A stretch of DNA of 63,727 nt, filler included, from Anaerolineae bacterium (lineage in GTDB: Bacteria; Chloroflexota; Anaerolineae; B4-G1; DUEL01): NCBI GenBank assembly GCA_041082215.1. It is 8 parts of 8 records of this genome, joined end to end, with 100 filler letters (N's around TTAATTAATTAA, not from the genome) between each part and the next. Parts side by side here need not be neighbours in the genome. Positions count along the whole stretch, not along the records: positions 33,265 to 44,735 come from JBDOIF010000077.1; positions 44,836 to 56,261 come from JBDOIF010000117.1; 6 more parts are not named here. One strand, 5' to 3'. The notes beneath the pieces were generated by a model. The model did no database searches. It was given only the letters and a program-made list of their open reading frames with translations, and was not told where the DNA came from. Positions 39,404 through 48,063 of the stretch are shown piece after piece. A program made the translations under genes and the position numbers. Position 1 is the first letter of the stretch, and every line of letters begins with the position of its first letter.

Positions 39404-40354
39404 CTAAGGGATGACCCGCGTGCCGGTCTCGCCGCGCAGTGCCCGGGCGATGTTCTCCGGGTTGGTGATAATCGCCTCCTTGCCTCCTGCCTCCAGGAAC
39501 CAGATGATCGCCTCGATTTTGGGCAGCATGCTCCCCTTAGCGAAATGGCCTTCTTTCATATACTGCTTTGCTTCGGCCACGGTCATCACGTCAATGGCCT
39601 TCTGGTCCGGCTTGCCGAGGTTGAGATAGACCTTCTCGACGGCGGTGGAGATGAGGAAGAGATCGGCGCCGATGGAGCGGGCCAGCAGAGAGGAGGCATA
39701 GTCCTTGTCTATGACGGCTGCCACCCCCTCCAGAGTGCCGTCGTCGTTGCGGATGACGGGGATGCCGCCGCCGCCCACCGTCACGGTGATGATGCCGGCC
39801 TCCAGAAGCTGCCGCACCGCGTCCAGCTCGATAATCTCCTGGGGGATCGGGGAAGGGACCACCCGTCGCCATCCCCGTCCGGCGTCCTCCACCACGGTCC
39901 AGCCCTCCTTCTCGGCCCGTTCCCGCGCCTCCTCCTCGGTCATAAAGGAGCCGATGGGCTTGGTGGGGTTCTGGAAGGCGGGGTCCTTCCGGTCCACCAG
40001 CACCTGGGTCACCACTGTAGCGACCGACTTCTTCATCCCCCGCCGCTTGAACTCGTTGTAGAGGTTCTGCTGGAGGGTATAGCCGATCGCCCCCTGGCTA
40101 TCCGCGCCGCAGAAGTCGAGCGGCACCTCATGCATCCCGGCCACCTTCGCCGCGATCTCGGAACGGCGGAGGATAAAGCCCACCTGGGGGCCGTTCCCGT
40201 GGCCGATAGCCACGTCCCAGCCCTGGGCGATCATTTCGGCAATGTGGTGGCAGGTCTCCCCCGCCGCCCGGTACTGATCCGGCACTGTCTGATGGTCTTT
40301 ATCCTTGATCAGAGAATTACCCCCGATCGCCACAACAGCCAGTTTCCTCGCCAT
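39404..40354 (-). CDS. arcC: Carbamate kinase
   Basis: AIGGN, HGNGPQVG, PTKPIG, GWRRVVPSP, GGGGIPV, AVIDKD and GSMLPK. Confidence 0.96.
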   Translation of the reverse strand: MARKLAVVAIGGNSLIKDKDHQTVPDQYRAAGETCHHIAEMIAQGWDVAIGHGNGPQVGFILRRSEIAAKVAGMHEVPLDFCGADSQGAIGYTLQQNLYNEFKRRGMKKSVATVVTQVLVDRKDPAFQNPTKPIGSFMTEEEARERAEKEGWTVVEDAGRGWRRVVPSPIPQEIIELDAVRQLLEAGIITVTVGGGGIPVIRNDDGTLEGVAAVIDKDYASSLLARSIGADLFLISTAVEKVYLNLGKPDQKAIDVMTVAEAKQYMKEGHFAKGSMLPKIEAIIWFLEAGGKEAIITNPENIARALRGETGTRVIP

Positions 40355-40440
40355 AAATACCTACCTCTCGGTGATTGTGCAAAATGGCTGATCTGGGAGG
40401 ACACGGTGACTCCGTGTCTCCGTGTCCCCCCATCTCCGCA

Positions 40441-41478
40441 TCACAGATTCCCCATCGTCAACGCCAGGATCGCCTTCTGCACGTGAAGCCGGTTCTCGGC
40501 GATGTCGTAGATGGCGGAGCGGGGGCCGGAGGCCACCTCGTCTGTCACCTCGCTGCCCCGATCCACCGGCATGGGGTGGGTGAAGATGGCGTTGTCAGTG
40601 TGGGCCATCCGCTCGGCGGTCACCGTCCAGCCCCTGTGGGCCAGCGCCTTCTCGATCTCCGCTTCCTTCTGGAACACGCCGTCTCTGTACGCCTCCGGGC
40701 TGACCCAGTTACGGCAGTAGACGATGTGGGCACCGTCGTAGCCGCTATCGGGGTCGTGGACCACCTCGAAATCGGTCCCATTGGCGGCGCAGTTCTGTCG
40801 CGTCCACTGGATGACCTGGGGGTCCAGATCGTACCCCTCGGGGTAGGCCATCGTGACATGCATGCCAAAGCGGGAGGCCACCAGCAGGGCTTCCTGGACA
40901 GAGCACCAGGAGCGGGCCAGCGCCCCGGAACCCCACTTGAGCAGGAACTTCTTACCCCGCAGCGCCTCATAGTTTGGACGGCCCGGCCCTTCGCCGTACC
41001 ACTCGGCCCAGCCCATCACATCGGCCAACCCCTGGCATGGGTGGAACCGGTCGTCCGCCATGTTGATGATGGGGACATCGGCCCAGTACGCATATTCCAG
41101 AAGCAGCTCATCTCCAGCGCCGTAGTAGGGGACCTTATCTTCCAGGATGCGGATACCGATGCCAGCGGCGTAGCGGGACATCACTTTGGCGGCATCCTCC
41201 ACCGTTTCCCCGGCCGTGGTAGCGGTCTTGAGGCGCATCGCCTTTGGCTCCAGGAACTGGGCATGCCCTCCCAGCTCGGTCGCCGCGCACTCGAAGGACT
41301 GGCGGGTGCGCACGGAGGGGTTGTAGAAGAACATGAAGAACGTCTTATGCTTCAGGATGCTCGTCCAGCGCTCCGAAAACCGCTCCCGCTTCATCCTGGC
41401 CGCCAGGTCCAGCGCCGCCATCAGCTCCTCGAAGGACCAGTCCTGCGTGCAGATGAAGTCGCGTCCGTAGAGGTCCAT
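40441..41478 (-). CDS. Divergent carbamoyltransferase (OTCase/knotted transcarbamylase family)
   Basis: FYNPSVRTRQSF, HPCQGLAD, HPMP (instead of HCLP) and AENRLH. Confidence 0.88.
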   Translation of the reverse strand: MDLYGRDFICTQDWSFEELMAALDLAARMKRERFSERWTSILKHKTFFMFFYNPSVRTRQSFECAATELGGHAQFLEPKAMRLKTATTAGETVEDAAKVMSRYAAGIGIRILEDKVPYYGAGDELLLEYAYWADVPIINMADDRFHPCQGLADVMGWAEWYGEGPGRPNYEALRGKKFLLKWGSGALARSWCSVQEALLVASRFGMHVTMAYPEGYDLDPQVIQWTRQNCAANGTDFEVVHDPDSGYDGAHIVYCRNWVSPEAYRDGVFQKEAEIEKALAHRGWTVTAERMAHTDNAIFTHPMPVDRGSEVTDEVASGPRSAIYDIAENRLHVQKAILALTMGNL

Positions 41479-41494
41479 CCCTGCCTCCTGTCTC

Positions 41495-42565
41495 TTACCT
41501 CATCACCAGGCTCATCACTGCTTTCTGCACGTGGAGCCGGTTTTCCGCCTCATCGTAGACGACGGAGCGCCAGCCGGACTTGGGGTCGGTGTTGTCAATG
41601 ACGGCGTCCTCCACCTCCCAGCCCCGGTCGGCGGGCAGGCAGTGCATGTAGATCGCGTTGGGGTCGGCCAGGGCCATATACTCCGGCGTGGCCTTCCAGT
41701 CCTTGTATCGGTCGAAGATCTCCTGGGCCAGCCTGGGGTTATCCTCGCCGACGGGCGGCTTGAACATCTGGACCGGGGCCCAGGCCTTGGGGTAGAGGAC
41801 GTGAGCGCCTCTGGCTGCTTCCTCAAAGTCGTGGACAATCTCGAAGGAAGAGCCGTTCGTCCTGGCGTACCGGCGGCAGGCATCGATCACCTCGGGGTCC
41901 AGCGCCATCTCCGGCGGATGGGCCAGCACAGTGTCACAGCCCATCATCGTAGCGGCGATAATGGCGGACTGAGGGACCGCCCGTGGCTTATGGACGCTGG
42001 GGGAGTAGGCCCAGGACATAACGAACTTGACGCCCTTGAAAGTGCCGAACTTCTCGTAGACGGTCAGGATGTCGGCCAGGGCCTGGAAGGGATGGTACTT
42101 ATCGTCCTCCATGTTGAGCACCGGGATGTCGGCCCAGTAGGCGAAGTTGCGGATCAGCTCGTTGGCCCCTCCGTACACCCAGTCCACCGGGTCGCCGTAG
42201 CAGCGGATGGCGATGCCGTGCCCCATCCGGGAGAGCACCCGCGCCACGTCGGAGACGCGCTCGGTGGAGTAGGCCACCTCCTTGCCGGGCAGGGCGGGAG
42301 TGTAGATTTTGCCCGGATCGAGGAAGTGGGCATGCCCGCCCAACTGGGTCATCCCGGCCTCGAAGGAGTTGCGGGTCCGCAGGCTCTGGTTGTAGAAGAT
42401 CATAAAGAGCGTCTTGGCCCGCAGGATGTGGTCGTGCGGCTCACCCAGCGCGAACCGGCGCTTCAGGTCGAGAGCCACGTCCAGAATGGTCTCAACCTCC
42501 TCCTTGCTCCACTCCAGCAGTGTGATGAAGTCACGCCCTCGGAAAGATTCGGTCTTCATCGTCAT
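41495..42565 (-). CDS. YgeW-like knotted carbamoyltransferase
   Basis: FYNQSLRTR, HPFQALAD, MSWAYSPSVHKPRAVPQ (cf. YgeW WAYSPSYGKPLSVPQ) and HCLPAD. Confidence 0.85.
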   Translation of the reverse strand: MTMKTESFRGRDFITLLEWSKEEVETILDVALDLKRRFALGEPHDHILRAKTLFMIFYNQSLRTRNSFEAGMTQLGGHAHFLDPGKIYTPALPGKEVAYSTERVSDVARVLSRMGHGIAIRCYGDPVDWVYGGANELIRNFAYWADIPVLNMEDDKYHPFQALADILTVYEKFGTFKGVKFVMSWAYSPSVHKPRAVPQSAIIAATMMGCDTVLAHPPEMALDPEVIDACRRYARTNGSSFEIVHDFEEAARGAHVLYPKAWAPVQMFKPPVGEDNPRLAQEIFDRYKDWKATPEYMALADPNAIYMHCLPADRGWEVEDAVIDNTDPKSGWRSVVYDEAENRLHVQKAVMSLVMR

Positions 42566-42623
42566 ACCTCCTTTTAAAATGTTGGTCCTTGTGGGCTTCG
42601 TATTGCGTGCTGCGTGTTGCGTT

Positions 42624-43355
42624 TCACCGCCTCACTACGTGGAACCGGAACCGTTCCGGCACGAAGTAATTGCGGGAAAAGCCGATGGGAGTCCCGCTGG
42701 CATTGAAAAGGGTCTCTTCCAGAAGGAGAAGGGCTGATCCGGGGCGGACCCCCAACCGCTGGGCCAGGGAGCGGCTGGCGGGGACGGCGGAGATGTCGGC
42801 CACGGCCTCCTGGATGTGGAAACCGGGCTGCCGCCGAAGGAAGTCGAGGACGGAACCGTTGAAGGTGTCGTCCAGCGCGGAGGGGGAAAGCCAGCCGGTG
42901 AGGACCCAGTCCTCCAGGTAGGCGACAGGGGTCTCCTCCACCAGGATAGTTCGACGTACCTGCGTGAGCGGGGAGCCCCGATCCACCTGCAGCCGCTCGG
43001 CCAGCCATCGGTCCGCCTCGACGGCGTCTATAGAGAGGCCCTGCACCCGGGTCTCCATTCCCTGACGGGCCGCCAGGGCCAGGACGCTCTCCAGCCGTTC
43101 CAGCCCGCTTTCCAGGTGCTGGTTGGGAGCGACGAACGTGCCGACGCCCTGCCGCCGGACGATGCGGCCTTCATCCTCCAGGAGGCGGAGTGCTTCGCGG
43201 AGAGTGGCGCGGGAGATGCCCAGTTGCTCCGCCAGTTGGAACTCGGACGGGAGGCGATCACCAGGCCGGAAGCTCCCCTCCTGGATGAGCTTCAGAAGCC
43301 GGTCGCGAGCCTGGGCGTACAGCGGACGCCGGTCGAGGCGAAGATACCTGGTCAA
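42624..43355 (-). CDS. GntR-family regulator (HutC/UTRA subtype)
   Basis: PLY.Q, RLPSE..LA...GISRATLREAL and GVGTFV, plus a C-terminal UTRA domain. Confidence 0.93.
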   Translation of the reverse strand: MTRYLRLDRRPLYAQARDRLLKLIQEGSFRPGDRLPSEFQLAEQLGISRATLREALRLLEDEGRIVRRQGVGTFVAPNQHLESGLERLESVLALAARQGMETRVQGLSIDAVEADRWLAERLQVDRGSPLTQVRRTILVEETPVAYLEDWVLTGWLSPSALDDTFNGSVLDFLRRQPGFHIQEAVADISAVPASRSLAQRLGVRPGSALLLLEETLFNASGTPIGFSRNYFVPERFRFHVVRR

Positions 43356-43368
43356 AGGCCCTCACAAG

Positions 43369-43419
43369 ATGTACGGATGTCTGACATTTAAAGTATACCT
43401 GTTTTGGTTCAATTGTCAA
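43369..43419 (-). promoter_or_regulatory. Promoter TTGACA-N16-TATACT with overlapping GntR-type operator ATGTC-T-GACAT
   Basis: Hexamers at 43414-43419 and 43392-43397. The palindrome at 43377-43387 lies at the predicted TSS. Confidence 0.65.
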
Positions 43420-43532
43420 GCTGAGCATTTGCAGGGAAACACCGAGAAAAACCCTCTGCGCTCCATGGTGAGAAAAGGTCCAGCAAGGCGATCTCTTGAC
43501 TACAAGCAAGAGTGTTGTAGAATGAAGACAAA

Positions 43533-43724
43533 ATGTCCTATCATCTAATTCTTTCCTACAAAAGTGTCTGGTACACCGTTCTCCTGCCCGCCCTGATCAC
43601 CCTGGTGGTGTGGGCGGGGATGTTCCTGGGGGGCCTGGCCCTACCGGGCTGGACTGCGCCCGATCGGTTGGGGATGCTTCTCTGCTTCGGCGGGTTCATA
43701 CCCGCGCTGGCTTGCGCGAGGTAA
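43533..43724 (+). CDS. Possible small two-TM membrane protein
   Basis: Two hydrophobic stretches, with TTGACT-N16-TAGAAT upstream. No family recognised. Confidence 0.4.
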   Translation: MSYHLILSYKSVWYTVLLPALITLVVWAGMFLGGLALPGWTAPDRLGMLLCFGGFIPALACAR

Positions 43725-43761
43725 CCATCAGCTTGATTCCATCAGCTCAAGGAGGTGCAGA

Positions 43762-44735
43762 ATGAAGAACAGACTCATCCTCATCGGGGGCCTGGCGGCG
43801 GTGGCCGTGCTGGCGCTGGCGGCGAGCCTGAGCCGGGCCCAGGGGCCCGGGCCGCAGGGCGGGGTGTCTATCCAGGCGACCCCGGTGGGCACCGCTTTCA
43901 CTTACCAGGGCCAACTGAAGAAGGCCGGAACCCCGATCAGCGGCACCTGCGACTTCCAGTTCAGCCTCTGGGATTCCCTCAGCAACCCCACCGGTCAGGT
44001 CGGCTCGACCCAGACCAGGACGGGCGTCTATGTGAGCAACGGCTACTTCACCATCCCCGACCTGGACTTTGGCGCCGGGGCCTTCCAGGGCGATGCCCGC
44101 TGGCTGCAGATTGCGGTTGCATGCACAGGGGATCCCGGCTACACCACCCTCTCCCCGCGCCAGCCGCTGACCCCCGCGCCCTACGCGCTGGCGCTGCCGG
44201 GGTTGTGGACCCAGCAGAACGCCACCAGCCCCAACCTCATCGGCGGCTACAGCGGGAACAGCGTGACGAACGGTGTTGTGGGCGCCACCATCGGCGGGGG
44301 TGGGTATAGCGGCGTGATCAACCGTGTCACTGCCAACTACGGCACTGTCGGCGGGGGGAGCGGCAACACCGCCGGCAACGGCGCCACCGTCGGCGGAGGT
44401 AGCAACAATACCGCCAGCGGTTTGAACGCCACCGTGGCCGGAGGCGGGGGCAACACCGCCAGCAATACGAACGCGACCGTGGGCGGGGGCTACGGGAACA
44501 TCGCCAGCGGCGGCGACGCTACCATTGCCGGCGGGTACGAAAACAATGCCAGCGGCTTCTACGCTGCCGTCGGCGGGGGCTATGGCAACATCGCCAGCGG
44601 CCAATATGCCACCATTCCGGGGGGAAGCCAGAACACTGCTGTGGGCGGCTACAGTTTCGCCGCCGGCCGGCGGGCCAAAGCAAACCATACCGGCGCGTTC
44701 GTCTGGGCCGACTCAACGGATGCCGACTTTTCCTC
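43762..44735 (+). CDS. Secreted Gly-rich repeat surface protein (truncated)
   Basis: Signal peptide, FTYQGQL domain, and about 14-aa repeats TVGGG..N.ASG..A. Confidence 0.8.
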
Positions 44736-44835
44736 NNNNNNNNNNNNNNNNNNNNNNNNNNNNNNNNNNNNNNNNNNNNTTAATTAATTAANNNNNNNNN
44801 NNNNNNNNNNNNNNNNNNNNNNNNNNNNNNNNNNN

Positions 44836-45010
44836 GCGGCGAAGCCGCTGGGGGAGGGGTGAGGAAATCTTGTAAATACCCCTGTCCCAACTCACGTCCG
44901 AACATCAGGGGGGCGGCCTGGCGGCCCGGCCCGGCTCTCACTCCACCCCCTCACCCTCTCCCCTCTCCCGCTGTACGAGGGAGGGGAGGGGGCAGGGGGA
45001 GGGGTGAGGG
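44836..45010. repeat. Right arm of the long palindrome plus a CCCTCACCC...GGGGTGAGGG REP-like hairpin
   Basis: 44836-44908 is the reverse complement of 33058-33130. Second hairpin at 44936-45010, with related hairpins at about 10246, 10921 and 47919. Confidence 0.8.
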
Positions 45011-45178
45011 TCAAAGTCTCCCGCCCTTTCTGGACTTGAGCGGGCTTTTCGGTATAATGAACTTGTCCGAAAACGGTCGCAGGATAGCCTTCCCAGGCTG
45101 TCCAGGCAGGCTGGAAAGTCTGCCCTGCGACTTTTCGGATAGACTCTAAAGCGACTTAGGCAGGAAGGGGGAAAGGAA

Positions 45179-47917
45179 GTGCCTGGTTCCGAACGGACGA
45201 TCGCAGCTCTCAATCCCGGCAACCATCTTTGCCTCATCTACGGGTCGGAGAGGGAGCACCGGGAAGCGCTGACTCCCTTCCTCCGTCAGGGGCTGGAACG
45301 GGGCGAAAAGGTGGTCTGTATCCTGAACCTTCACTCCCCCGAGGCAATCCTGGATTATCTGAAGCAGGATGGCCTCGACCCTCTCCCTTACCTTGCCAGT
45401 GGCCAACTGGCCCTTCTCTCCAGCAACGAAGCGTACACCCACGAACTTCCCTTCGACCCCGACCGAATGATCGGCTTCCTCAAAGTGCAGACGGAACAGG
45501 CTCTGGAAGAGGGGTACGTCGCCCTCCGGATCACCGGGGAGATGAGCTGGGCGCTGGAGGGGCTGCCCGGCTCGGACCGGCTGATCGAGTACGAGGCGAA
45601 GCTGCACCGCTTCTTCGAGGAAAACCGTTGCCTGGCCCTCTGCCAGTACGACCGGCGGAGGTTCCCCCCCGAACTTCTGCTGGACGTGCTCCGCACCCAC
45701 CCGCTGGTCGTGATCGGCACCGGGGTTTACGAGAATTTCTACTATATTCCCCCAGAGCTGGCCGCCGATGAGCTGGCCCACTGGTTGGGAAACCTGGTCC
45801 GGCTTCATCACGATGTCCACCGCCGGGCCGAAGGGCTGGCCACAGTGGCCGAGGTGGCAGAGCAGATTGCATCCATTCTGGATATGGACCTGCTCCTCCG
45901 GGAGGCGGTCGAACGGGCCGTCGAGCGGCTCGGCTACGACTACGCTGCTATCATGCTGCTGGACGAGGAAGCGGGCGACCTGGTCTTCCGGGTCGGGGCG
46001 GGGGAGTTCGCAGGGAAGACGCCCCCTGGCTTCCGTCAGAGGCTGGAGGAGGGGATGATCGGTTGGGTGGCAGCCCACGGGGAGACCCTTCTGGCCAACG
46101 ACGTGAGCCAGGAACCCCGCTACATCTCCGCCTATCTCTCCGAAACCCGATCCGAGCTGGACGTGCCGCTGAAGGTGCGTGGCCAGGTGATCGGGGTGCT
46201 GGACCTCCAGAGCAGCCGCCTGAACGCCTTCGACCAGAATGATGTCCTGGTGATGGAGGCCCTGGCCGGCCATCTGGCCACCGCCATCGAGAACGCGCGG
46301 CTCTTCCAGGAGGAGCAGCGCCGCCGGGAGGAGGCGGAGACGCTGCGGGAGCTGGGTTCCCTCCTTACCTCCAGCCTGGACCCCGACCGGGTGCTGAGGA
46401 CGCTGCTGGACCGGCTGGGCCGACTGGTATCGTACGACCGGGCCACAGTTATGCTGCTGGAGGGTGACACGCTTCGGGTTGTGGCGGCCCACGGCTACGA
46501 AGCCATCCCTTATGGGGAGGGGATGGCGGATCGGCGGATCCCGCTGGCGGAAAGCCCGCTGCTGGCGCGGGTGGTGGAGCTGGGGGAGACGGTGCAGGTG
46601 ACCGATGTGTCCACCGACCCTATCGGGTACGCCGATCCCCGCCCGCTGACGACAAGCTGGATCGGCGTGCCCCTGACGGTGCGGGGGCTGGTGGTCGGGA
46701 TGGTGAGCGTGGCCCGGACAGGCTCACCCCCTTTCACCGGGGAGGATGCCCGGCTGGCGGCCGCCGTCGCCGACCACGCCGCTGTTGCCATTGAGAACGC
46801 CTACCTCTACCAGGAGCTGCGCACCTATGCGACCGGGCTGGAAGAGCGGGTGCGGGAGCGGACCGCCGAGCTGCGCCGGGAACGGGAGCGAATCCAGGCT
46901 ATCCTCGACCATGCCGGGCAGGGGGTGATCGTCACCGATAACCGGGGGGTGATCCAGTACATGAATCCAGCCGCCGAGAGGATCACCGGCTACACCGCTG
47001 AGGAATCAGTGGGGAAGATGCCGGTGGTCTGGGGGGGAGAGGGCGACCCCGCTGAGCTCCACCGGGAAATGTGGCAGACCGTCCTTTCTGGCCAGGTCTG
47101 GCAGGGGGAGTTCTCCTATCGGCGGAAGGACGGCGCCCGCTACTACGCCGCGATGACCGTGGCTCCGATCCCGGGGGAGGGGGGGGAGCTGGCGGGGTTC
47201 GTGGGTATTGTAGAGGACATCACGGCTATAAAGGAGCTGAACCGGCTCAAGACCCGGTTTGTCTCCGATGCGGCCCACGAGTTGCGTACGCCGGTCACCA
47301 CCATCAAGCTCTACGTCTCCCTCCTCCAGCGGGAGCACCGGGAGGAGAAGCGGGCCGAGTACCTGGAGATGCTGGCCCGGGAGACCGATCTGATGGTCCA
47401 GTTGGTGCAGGACCTCCTGGACATTTCCCGGATGGAGGCAGGGGTGGCGCGGTTCGAGCCGGAGCCGGTTGATATGAATGGATTGGTCCAGGAGGTGGCG
47501 GAGCGGTACAGGGAGCGGGCCCGGCTGGGGGGGATTGCCCTGTCCTTCGAGCTGGCACCGGACCTCCCTCCTGTGATGGCAGATCGGGAGCAGATGGACC
47601 GGGTGGTGACCAACCTGCTGACCAATGCGCTGAACTACACCCAGCCAGGAGGCCGGGTAGTGGTACGCACTGCCATCGCAGGCGATCAGGTGCAGGTGGC
47701 CGTGGCGGATACCGGTTACGGCATCCCGGAAGAAGAACAGAAGCAGGTCTTTGAACGCTTCTTCCGGGGCTCGGCGGCCCGCAGGTCCGGTGTGGCAGGC
47801 ACCGGGCTGGGCCTTTCTATCGTCCACGAAATCCTCAGGATGCACGGCGGCGGGATCAAACTGGAAAGCCGGGTGGGGGAAGGGAGCACCTTTACTTTCT
47901 GGTTGCCACCGGGTTAG
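45179..47917 (+). CDS. Sensor histidine kinase MEDS-GAF-GAF-PAS-HisKA-HATPase
   Basis: MEDS (HLCLIY, RITGEMSW, LCQYD, THP), two GAF domains ending IENA, PAS NPAA, and AHELRTP. Confidence 0.92.
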   Translation: MPGSERTIAALNPGNHLCLIYGSEREHREALTPFLRQGLERGEKVVCILNLHSPEAILDYLKQDGLDPLPYLASGQLALLSSNEAYTHELPFDPDRMIGFLKVQTEQALEEGYVALRITGEMSWALEGLPGSDRLIEYEAKLHRFFEENRCLALCQYDRRRFPPELLLDVLRTHPLVVIGTGVYENFYYIPPELAADELAHWLGNLVRLHHDVHRRAEGLATVAEVAEQIASILDMDLLLREAVERAVERLGYDYAAIMLLDEEAGDLVFRVGAGEFAGKTPPGFRQRLEEGMIGWVAAHGETLLANDVSQEPRYISAYLSETRSELDVPLKVRGQVIGVLDLQSSRLNAFDQNDVLVMEALAGHLATAIENARLFQEEQRRREEAETLRELGSLLTSSLDPDRVLRTLLDRLGRLVSYDRATVMLLEGDTLRVVAAHGYEAIPYGEGMADRRIPLAESPLLARVVELGETVQVTDVSTDPIGYADPRPLTTSWIGVPLTVRGLVVGMVSVARTGSPPFTGEDARLAAAVADHAAVAIENAYLYQELRTYATGLEERVRERTAELRRERERIQAILDHAGQGVIVTDNRGVIQYMNPAAERITGYTAEESVGKMPVVWGGEGDPAELHREMWQTVLSGQVWQGEFSYRRKDGARYYAAMTVAPIPGEGGELAGFVGIVEDITAIKELNRLKTRFVSDAAHELRTPVTTIKLYVSLLQREHREEKRAEYLEMLARETDLMVQLVQDLLDISRMEAGVARFEPEPVDMNGLVQEVAERYRERARLGGIALSFELAPDLPPVMADREQMDRVVTNLLTNALNYTQPGGRVVVRTAIAGDQVQVAVADTGYGIPEEEQKQVFERFFRGSAARRSGVAGTGLGLSIVHEILRMHGGGIKLESRVGEGSTFTFWLPPG

Positions 47918-48063
47918 TTCCCCCCTCACCGCTCTCCCTGCCGGAAGAGGTGGGGGTTGTAGAAAACCTCAGTTGCGCTGCTTTGTGATTGGAGTATAAT
48001 CTTCCCTGCCTGACGACAATTGAATACAGTCCGTAAACATCGTAGCCCGCTCAGGAGAACTTC

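Noticed and set aside
47973..48063. LexA box upstream of the OB-TctA-YdjM operon
   Set aside because: No GAAC-N4-GTTC match was found, so SOS control is unsupported.
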